Shown here: piece after piece, positions 54,470 through 61,160 of the stretch
How the letters are laid out: every line of letters starts with the position of its first letter
Position numbering within the stretch: the first letter of the stretch is position 1
NCBI GenBank assembly: GCA_007117625.1
Contig: SKGE01000001.1
Coordinates: 1-61,160 of the forward strand
Length of the DNA stretch: 61,160 nucleotides
Source of the DNA: Candidatus Izemoplasma sp.
GTDB lineage: Bacteria > Bacillota_I > Bacilli_A > Izemoplasmatales > Izemoplasmataceae
Direction: 5' to 3'
The notes under the pieces: model-generated
What the model saw: the letters and a program-made list of their open reading frames with translations, nothing else
What the model was told of the DNA's origin: nothing
The model's database searches: none
Translations under genes and position numbers: made by a program

Positions 54470-56809
54470 ATGGGGTATATCGAAGGTGTCATCCGCAACC
54501 TTACATACTATAATGACGACAACGCTTACGCAGTCATCAAACTAACGATTACTGACGCGAACATTAAGCGCGGTCTTTTTGACGAGGATTTGGATGAAGT
54601 GATGACAGTCACTGGATATTTTCCAAAACCGATGAAGGGTGAATCGTATCGTTTTTATGGTGATATCGTTCATCACCCTAAATATGGGGATCAGTTTAGT
54701 GCAAAAAGTGTTGAAAAAGTCAGTGAGACGAATATTGAGGGTTTAGCGGAATATTTCTCCAGTGATTTGTTTCCTGGAGTTGGTGAAAAAACGGCGCATC
54801 GTGTGGTTGATGTTTTAGGGAAAGACGCAATTGCGAAAATTATCAGCGATAGCGATGTTTTAGAGACAGTTCCTAAACTTACCGATGCGCAAAAGCAGGT
54901 TTTGATTGAAGGATTAAAAGAACATAAGGCATCCGAACAGATGCTGATTAAACTTTATGGTTATGGCATCTCTTCAAAAATGGCGATGCGAATTATCAAT
55001 GTCTATAAAACCGAAACGATTGCAAAGATTGAAACGAATCCGTATCAAATGATTCAAGATATTGATGGCATTGGATTTGAACGGGCCGATGTGATTGGTA
55101 AAAAGCTTGGGTTTAAAGAAGATCATCCTTCGAGGATTGAAGCACTTATCACGCATTTGTTTATTGAGTTAGTGTTGAGCCAAGGTCATACGCATATTGA
55201 GGCAGAACGGTTTATCGATGCAGCCTCTGCTAAGATTGAAAGCGATCAAGATGATGTCGGTAAAGGTGTGCTCAAAAAAGCTTTAGATAAACTAATTCAA
55301 GCGAAAGTATTTGTAATTATTGAGGATGTTTTAACGCTGAAACGCATTTTTAAAGCTGAAGAAACCATTGCTGAAAAGATTAAGACATTGACACTCACGA
55401 CGCAAGCGATTGATGAGGACAAGGCACTTAGATTAATTCAAACGGTTGAGAAAGAAGAATCAATCACATATTCAGCGCTTCAAATCGAAGCGATTTTAAA
55501 AGCTTTAAAACATCAAAGTATGATTGTCACAGGTGGACCTGGAACAGGAAAAACCACAGTCATTAAAGGTATCATTGAAGTGTATTATCGCTACCATAGT
55601 TTGATGAAACCAAGGAAAGAACAAGCTTCATTGATTCATTTAATTGCACCGACCGGTCGCGCCGCAAAAAGAATGGAAGAATCGACAGGCTACTACGCTC
55701 AAACCATTCATCGTTTTTTAGGCTATGCGTTTGATGGAAGTTTTGAGTACAACCGATATAACCAGGTTGAAGGAAACTTGTTCATTATCGACGAAGCGTC
55801 GATGATTGATGTCTTTTTAGCGTCACAGTTGTTAGAAAGTTTACCAGATTTTGCGAATGTTATTTTTGTTGGGGATGATGCACAACTACCGAGTGTGGGT
55901 CCTGGGCAAGTTTTTAAAGATATGATTGACTCGAGGGCTTTAGAAGTAGTTGCTTTAAATGTGATCCACCGACAAGGGAAGGATTCAAACATTATCAAAC
56001 TCGCTGAGAAAATCCGTCAAGGATCACTTCCAAGTGATCTGATGAAGGTTCATGATGATCGCGTGATTTTTTATGAGCATCCTCGAAACTTCCAAACTCG
56101 GTTAAAGAAAATTATTGACTATATGATTGAAGAGGGGTTTAGCATTCAAGATGATATCCAAGTTTTAATCCCTATGTACAAAGGTGATGTAGGGATTCAT
56201 GAGACCAATCGGTTTATTCAGTCAAATTATAATTTAAACACCACGCGTGTAATCGATCATGGTGAACGGCAATTTCGTTTAGAAGATAAGGTCTTACAGC
56301 TTGTTAATCAAGCGGAAGATAAAGTGATGAACGGGGATCAAGGTAAGATTATTGATATTTTAGAAGATGAGGTTGTAGTCGAGTTTCTTGAAAATAAAGT
56401 TTCCTATAAAACAAAAGTTCTCATCAACATTACGCATGCATATGCGATGAGTATTCATAAAGCACAAGGTAGCGAATATAAAGTCGTTGTTTTACCTCTG
56501 TTCTCAAGCTACTCAATTATGTTAAAAAGAAAACTTATATATACCGCAATTACACGAGCTAAAGAGCGTTTGGTCATTCTTGGAAATATCGATAAGCTTG
56601 AGTATGCTGTGTCACAGTTAGAAGAAGCGCGCCATACGCAGTTAAAAGCGAAGCTTACTGAGCAGGTTAAACCAAAAAAGCGGATCGATACACCGTTACC
56701 ATTAAAGCAATCAAGCGAAGCGGTCCATCGTATCGATGACCCTGAAATTCCTTTTGATACACTAGGAGAACTGTTGGATCAAAAAACGCCGTATGATTTT
56801 TTAGACTAA
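54470..56809 (+). CDS. recD2: RecD2-type SF1B DNA helicase
   Basis: Walker A GGPGTGKTT, FVGDDAQLPSVGPG, and the C-terminal motif SIHKAQGSEY...AITRAK. Confidence 0.93.
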   Translation: MGYIEGVIRNLTYYNDDNAYAVIKLTITDANIKRGLFDEDLDEVMTVTGYFPKPMKGESYRFYGDIVHHPKYGDQFSAKSVEKVSETNIEGLAEYFSSDLFPGVGEKTAHRVVDVLGKDAIAKIISDSDVLETVPKLTDAQKQVLIEGLKEHKASEQMLIKLYGYGISSKMAMRIINVYKTETIAKIETNPYQMIQDIDGIGFERADVIGKKLGFKEDHPSRIEALITHLFIELVLSQGHTHIEAERFIDAASAKIESDQDDVGKGVLKKALDKLIQAKVFVIIEDVLTLKRIFKAEETIAEKIKTLTLTTQAIDEDKALRLIQTVEKEESITYSALQIEAILKALKHQSMIVTGGPGTGKTTVIKGIIEVYYRYHSLMKPRKEQASLIHLIAPTGRAAKRMEESTGYYAQTIHRFLGYAFDGSFEYNRYNQVEGNLFIIDEASMIDVFLASQLLESLPDFANVIFVGDDAQLPSVGPGQVFKDMIDSRALEVVALNVIHRQGKDSNIIKLAEKIRQGSLPSDLMKVHDDRVIFYEHPRNFQTRLKKIIDYMIEEGFSIQDDIQVLIPMYKGDVGIHETNRFIQSNYNLNTTRVIDHGERQFRLEDKVLQLVNQAEDKVMNGDQGKIIDILEDEVVVEFLENKVSYKTKVLINITHAYAMSIHKAQGSEYKVVVLPLFSSYSIMLKRKLIYTAITRAKERLVILGNIDKLEYAVSQLEEARHTQLKAKLTEQVKPKKRIDTPLPLKQSSEAVHRIDDPEIPFDTLGELLDQKTPYDFLD

Positions 56810-56829
56810 AGGTAATTGTATTGCAAAAG

Positions 56830-56858
56830 TTGTAAATCTTTTGTATAATAAACACGAT
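56830..56858 (+). promoter_or_regulatory. Promoter of the alaS leader
   Basis: TTGCAA - 17 nt - TATAAT. Confidence 0.6.
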
Positions 56859-56864
56859 TGATGA

Positions 56865-57063
56865 AGAAGATGAGTAGAGCGTATTTGTGTTTAGAGAGTT
56901 TGCGTTTGGTGAAAGCAAACCACAAAGAAACTTGAAGCTACTTTGGAGAAACATTGTAAACAATGTTCGTTGCGTTGCGTTAAAACGTTAAAGTGCTAGT
57001 TACTAGAAGCAAGGTGGTACCGCGGAAATTTTTCGTCCTTAAGTATTTTTTAAGGGCGTTTTT
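56865..57063 (+). promoter_or_regulatory. T-box riboswitch leader (Ala)
   Basis: AGAGA box. Distal loop GGTGAAAGC. Specifier GAA-GCU-A (GCT at 56937-56939). T-box AAGGTGGTACCGCGG at 57011-57025. Terminator CGTCCTTAA-7 nt-TTAAGGGCG plus a T-run. Confidence 0.92.
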
Positions 57064-57084
57064 ATTTAGTTTGGAGTGATGAAG

Positions 57085-59706
57085 ATGAAACAATTAACAG
57101 GACATGAAATACGTAAAATGTGGTTAGATTTTTTTGAAGAACGCAGCCATAAAGTTGAAGAAAGCGCGAGCTTAATTCCGATTAATGATCCATCACTGTT
57201 GTGGATCAACGCAGGGGTAGCTCCGCTCAAAGGGTATTTTGATGGCTCTAAAATCCCTGAAAACCCACGGATTGTCAATGCGCAAAAATGTATTCGAACT
57301 AACGATATCGAGAATGTAGGAAAAACAGCTCGACATCATACCTTTTTTGAAATGCTTGGGAATTTTTCAATCGGGGATTATTTTCGTGATGAAGTGATTC
57401 CTTGGGCGCTTGAGCTTTTAACGAGCGATGCCTACTATGGGATGGATAAAAATCGGCTTTACATTACGGTATATCCGACTGACCAAGAGACCAAGCAAGC
57501 TTGGATAAAAGCAGGGGTTGATGAAGCAAGAATTATTGAATCTGAAAACAATTTTTGGGAAATCGGTAGCGGTCCGTGTGGACCGTGTACGGAGATTTTT
57601 TATGACCGAGGCAGTGCTTTTGGTGAAGGTGATCTAAGTTTAATCCGTGATGATGTTGAGAATGACCGTTATATTGAGGTTTGGAACATTGTTTTTTCAC
57701 AGTTTAATGCGAAACCTGGCTTAGAACGTTCGGCATATCCTGAGCTGCCAAAGAAGAATATTGATACAGGGATGGGTCTTGAGCGGATGGCTGCAATCAG
57801 TCAAAATGCTGAAACAAACTTTGAGACTGATTTGATATACCCTGTCATTAAGCATGTGAGTCGCATCGCTAAAAAACCATATGGCGGTGAAATGTCATTT
57901 AAAGTCATCGCCGATCATATTCGTAGTGTGACATTTGCGGTATCTGATGGAGCGACTTTGTCAAATGATGGCCGTGGTTATGTGTTAAGAAGATTGTTGA
58001 GACGTGCGATTAAACACGGGAAACAACTCGGAATTGAAAGACCATTTTTAAAAGAACTTGTTGAGACCGTGGTTTCGATGATGGAGTCGAGTTATCCGAA
58101 CTTGCGCCGCACCGAAACGTTTACGAAACAAGTGATTGAAAAAGAAGAGCTAAAGTTTTTAGAAACCTTACATCAAGGTGAAAAAATGCTAGAGAGCTTG
58201 CTCGAAAAACATCGAAAAATCATTCCTGGAGATGATGCGTTTAAACTGTATGATACCTATGGATTTCCGTTAGAACTCACTGAAGAGTTTGCGGCACAAC
58301 ATGGCGTTCGTGTTGACCGACAAGGGTTTAATCATGAGATGCAAGCGCAAAAAGACCGCGCAAGAAGTGCCCGTAAAACGATGCGTACGATGAAAGATCA
58401 AAACGAAGCTTTTCTTAACTTTAAAAAGCCATCGAAATTTGTCGGGTATGAAACCCTTGAAACCCATACTGAAATCATTAAAATCTTCACTGAAGGTATC
58501 GTTGTCAAAGAAACGCCGTTTTATGCGGAAAGTGGGGGACAAGTTTCTGATATTGGGGTAATGGTTAAGGATGGTCAGTCTTATGAAGTTCTAGATGTTG
58601 AGAAGCTTCCTAATAAACAGTATTTACACGTCGTTGAAGGCAATAACTTTAAGGTTGGCGATCGCGTTATTATGCAGGTCGATGAAACGGCTAGGCATCA
58701 AACGATGGCGCATCATTCGGTCACGCATTTGTTATATAAAACGCTCCGAGAAAAACTTGGAAGTCATGTCAGCCAGCAGGGAAGTTTGGTAGGACCAGAT
58801 TACTTACGATTCGACTTTAATCACTTTGAGTTGTTAAACGACGCGATGATTTTGGATATCGAAGCTGAAGTGAATAAAAAAATACTTTCAGGCTATGATG
58901 TCGATGTTGAGGTTACGACGGTCGATGCAGCTAAATCAAAAGGTGCTATTGCTGAGTTTGGTGAAAAATACGAGAGTGATGTTCGCGTGGTAGATATGGG
59001 AGAAACCTTAGATTTGTGCGGTGGAACGCATGTCTCTAATACTTCTGAAATTGAGAAGTTTGCGATTGCCTCGGTTGAGTCGAAAGGCTCTGGGGTGTAT
59101 CGTATTACTGCGCTTGCAAAACAACGTGTTTATGAGATTGAAGAATATTTAAGTGGGATTGATGAGAATGTCCATCATTTGATGGAAAAAGTTGACACGA
59201 TTTTAGCTTCAGCACAGGCAAACGATATTACCTTAAGTGTTGAGCTTCCTAAAGAGACTCCAATCCAAGGTTCATACCAAGATGTTATGAATAAACGTAA
59301 GTACTATGAACAGCTTCAAACGACTGTGAAGCGTTTGGAAAAAACATACAAAGAAGCGTTAGAAAAAGTATCATTAGAAGGTATGAAATCATATTTAGAA
59401 GCACAAGTTGGAAATACGATCGTTATTAAAACGCATAACGTTGATCCAAAAACGGTTAAAACGCTGGCGGATCGATTGATGGATCATTTACAAAAAGGTG
59501 TTGTGTTTATTGCGAATACCTATGAAGATAAATTGATTTTTATCGCTAAATCAAATACTGATGTCCATGCTGGTAAGCTTGTAAAAGAAGCCTCAGGTAT
59601 TGCTGGTGGCGGTGGCGGTGGTCGTCCTGATTTTGCACAGGCTGGTGCCAAAGATGTATCTAAGGTAGACGACGTAATCCGTTATGTGAAAGAAGTGCTC
59701 CAATGA
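57085..59706 (+). CDS. alaS: Alanine--tRNA ligase
   Basis: FEMLGNFSIGDYF, editing-domain HHSVTHLL / CGGTH, and C-terminal DHHA1 GGGGGGRPDFAQAG. GGAG lies 8 nt before ATG 57085. Confidence 0.97.
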   Translation: MKQLTGHEIRKMWLDFFEERSHKVEESASLIPINDPSLLWINAGVAPLKGYFDGSKIPENPRIVNAQKCIRTNDIENVGKTARHHTFFEMLGNFSIGDYFRDEVIPWALELLTSDAYYGMDKNRLYITVYPTDQETKQAWIKAGVDEARIIESENNFWEIGSGPCGPCTEIFYDRGSAFGEGDLSLIRDDVENDRYIEVWNIVFSQFNAKPGLERSAYPELPKKNIDTGMGLERMAAISQNAETNFETDLIYPVIKHVSRIAKKPYGGEMSFKVIADHIRSVTFAVSDGATLSNDGRGYVLRRLLRRAIKHGKQLGIERPFLKELVETVVSMMESSYPNLRRTETFTKQVIEKEELKFLETLHQGEKMLESLLEKHRKIIPGDDAFKLYDTYGFPLELTEEFAAQHGVRVDRQGFNHEMQAQKDRARSARKTMRTMKDQNEAFLNFKKPSKFVGYETLETHTEIIKIFTEGIVVKETPFYAESGGQVSDIGVMVKDGQSYEVLDVEKLPNKQYLHVVEGNNFKVGDRVIMQVDETARHQTMAHHSVTHLLYKTLREKLGSHVSQQGSLVGPDYLRFDFNHFELLNDAMILDIEAEVNKKILSGYDVDVEVTTVDAAKSKGAIAEFGEKYESDVRVVDMGETLDLCGGTHVSNTSEIEKFAIASVESKGSGVYRITALAKQRVYEIEEYLSGIDENVHHLMEKVDTILASAQANDITLSVELPKETPIQGSYQDVMNKRKYYEQLQTTVKRLEKTYKEALEKVSLEGMKSYLEAQVGNTIVIKTHNVDPKTVKTLADRLMDHLQKGVVFIANTYEDKLIFIAKSNTDVHAGKLVKEASGIAGGGGGGRPDFAQAGAKDVSKVDDVIRYVKEVLQ

Positions 59707-60119
59707 AAGTTTTAGCCTTAGATTTAGGGACGAAAACGATGGGTGTTGCCATTAGTGATGCCCATCTCATGCTCGCTCGAGGGCTAGAAACGTTTCGCTT
59801 TGAGCTGAACCGGTTTGATATTGCGGTAGGTCGAGTGTTGTATTGGTTGACTCAGGAATCGATTAAAACGATTGTTTTAGGGCTCCCCAAAAACATGGAT
59901 GGTAGTGAAGGAAATCAATCGAAAATAAGTCGTGATTTTAAAGCGATGTTAGAAGCTGAAATTGATATTCCCATTATACTTTGGGATGAACGTCTTAGCA
60001 GTAAAATGGCGCATAGCCATATGCTTCAAGGTAAAATGAATAAAAAGAAACGCAAATCCAGCATTGATGAAGTGGCTGCAGTTGTGATATTGCAAAGCTA
60101 TCTCGATGCTAAATTATAG
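59703..60119 (+). CDS. ruvX: YqgF/RuvX-family putative pre-16S rRNA nuclease
   Basis: ALDLGTKTMGVAISD and DERLSS. ATGA overlap with alaS. Confidence 0.92.
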   Translation: MKVLALDLGTKTMGVAISDAHLMLARGLETFRFELNRFDIAVGRVLYWLTQESIKTIVLGLPKNMDGSEGNQSKISRDFKAMLEAEIDIPIILWDERLSSKMAHSHMLQGKMNKKKRKSSIDEVAAVVILQSYLDAKL

Positions 60120-60130
60120 GAGGTTTTTTC

Positions 60131-60391
60131 ATGGATGAAAGAACATTAAGAGTAGAAGATGACCAAGGTAAGACGTACGATTATGAGATTTTATTTACCT
60201 TTACCTCAGAGCGTACGAATAAGTCTTATGTAATCTTTAAAGAACCAGGAGATTCAGAAGAGTTGTTTGCCTATATTTATAACGAAGCCGATACTGAAGG
60301 TGGTAAGTTAATGCCGGTAGAAACGGATGAAGAATGGGATGAAATCGAAGCAAAAATCGATCAGTATTTTGAAGAGAATGAAACTGAGTAA
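60131..60391 (+). CDS. DUF1292 (YrzB/UPF0473) protein
   Basis: 86-aa acidic protein (YEILFTF...YVIF). In the conserved position after ruvX. Confidence 0.8.
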   Translation: MDERTLRVEDDQGKTYDYEILFTFTSERTNKSYVIFKEPGDSEELFAYIYNEADTEGGKLMPVETDEEWDEIEAKIDQYFEENETE

Positions 60392-60995
60392 TGAGAGTTA
60401 TTTACCGATTGATTCGATCGTTTTAGAACCGTTAAAAGCGTTTGCTCAAGCACACGATGTACCAATCATTAAAGATCAAGGACTACGGTTTTTACAACAG
60501 CTCATTCTCATTAAAGATGCGCAATCTGTGTTAGAAATAGGAACGGCGATTGGTTACAGTGCTTTAGGCATGCTCGCTGTAAAACCTGAGCTGAAAATAG
60601 TCACCGTTGAACGCGATCCTAACATGCAAGTCCTTGCAAGAAAAAACTTTGAAAGTTTTGGAAAAAAGGCATCAGTTCAGTTAATATGTGAGGATGCATT
60701 GAACTATTTACCAGATCCATCACAGCGATTTGATATGATATTTATCGATGCGGCGAAGGCGCAATCACAGCGTTTTTTTGAACGTTTTGAGCGGTTTTTA
60801 CATCCAGGCGGGGTGATTGTTGTCGATAATCTTGATTTTCATGGCTTGGTCGGGTCGAAACCTTCATCTAAAAATGTGCGCCGCTTGGTAGAGAAGATTG
60901 AAGCATTTATTGAATATGTGCAAAAACGCGAAGCGTATGACACGGTGATTTATCCTATTGGAGATGGGATGAGCGTCAGTATCAAGAAGAGGTGA
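60378..60995 (+). CDS. trmR: SAM-dependent O-methyltransferase, YrrM/TrmR-like
   Basis: Class I SAM fold (VLEIGTAIGYS, FIDAAK). Start ATG 60378 overlaps the upstream gene by 14 nt. Confidence 0.8.
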   Translation: MKLSNESYLPIDSIVLEPLKAFAQAHDVPIIKDQGLRFLQQLILIKDAQSVLEIGTAIGYSALGMLAVKPELKIVTVERDPNMQVLARKNFESFGKKASVQLICEDALNYLPDPSQRFDMIFIDAAKAQSQRFFERFERFLHPGGVIVVDNLDFHGLVGSKPSSKNVRRLVEKIEAFIEYVQKREAYDTVIYPIGDGMSVSIKKR

Positions 60996-60998
60996 AAG

Positions 60999-61160
60999 AT
61001 GAAACTAGCAGTGACATTATCAAATCCTCAAGCGATTGGGGCATATAAAGCATCGCATGCCGATGCTGTGATCGTAGGGTTAGAAAAACTATCGATGCGG
61101 ATTAAACAGCAGTTTAGTCTTGAAGCGCTTGATGAGATTATTGAAGCGTGCCAAAAAGAA
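60999..61160 (+). CDS. Peptidase U32-family protein (YrrN/TrhP-like), N-terminal fragment running off the window
   Basis: ATG 60999 lies 4 nt after the trmR stop. Reads MKLAVTLSNPQAIGAYKASHADAVIVG.... Sits in the conserved yrrM-yrrN position. Not in the ORF track because there is no stop in the window. Confidence 0.6.
   Translation, partial: MKLAVTLSNPQAIGAYKASHADAVIVGLEKLSMRIKQQFSLEALDEIIEACQKE

Noticed and set aside
59604-59622. GGT/GGC short tandem repeat.
   Set aside because: It encodes the conserved poly-Gly stretch (GGGGGG) of the AlaRS C-terminal DHHA1 domain. It is not a structural DNA repeat.
1-61160. Window-wide look for CRISPR arrays, IS elements or transposases, prophage genes, toxin-antitoxin pairs and known defence-system signatures.
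   Set aside because: None was found. The only repeated sequences are the two tRNA-Gly copies and the conserved T-box cores and terminators. All ORFs over 100 aa outside antisense shadows have ordinary housekeeping or metabolic assignments.

Overview
Dense, AT-rich 61.2-kb chromosomal block with about 55 protein genes, two tRNA-Gly genes and three T-box leaders. It uses the standard genetic code: TGA acts as a stop in several ATGA stop/start overlaps, and Trp is TGG. The content is almost entirely housekeeping. It reads as a chain of gene blocks known from Bacillus subtilis:
- rlmN...rsgA-rpe-thiN-rpmB-yloV/fakA-recG-plsX-rnc
- dnaD-nth
- ylbM-ylbN-rpmF...rsmH
- trpS-pepF-spx
- recD2-alaS-ruvX-yrzB-yrrM-yrrN

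Genes that sit in these blocks in walled Firmicutes are missing from their usual slots. These are prpC/prkC, asp23, fapR/fabD/fabG/acpP, mraZ plus the dcw genes after rsmH, and mltG. This suggests a wall-less, fatty-acid-scavenging, Firmicute-derived lineage such as an Acholeplasma-like Mollicute. That is an inference from this window only.

I see no CRISPR array, IS element, integrase, prophage or recognisable defence island, and no strong evidence for a novel multi-gene system. The most unusual items are:
1. An RNPP-like XRE/helical-repeat regulator with no visible peptide gene. It has a terminator-containing leader and sits directly before a MATE exporter (31.8-34.7 kb).
2. A membrane-anchored EIIB-like domain that lacks the catalytic Cys and overlaps ptsH, with no ptsI following (43.9-44.5 kb).
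3. A MocR-type regulator whose PLP-lysine is Arg, divergent from an ECF S-component-like gene (8.9-10.8 kb).
4. A cysteine-free Mrp/ApbC homologue.
5. An Spx with a Cys-rich tail.
6. addBA plus an ABC/FtsX pair occupying the prpC-prkC slot inside an apparently terminator-free ~12-kb operon.

All calls come from reading motifs in the supplied translations and the DNA. No database search was run.
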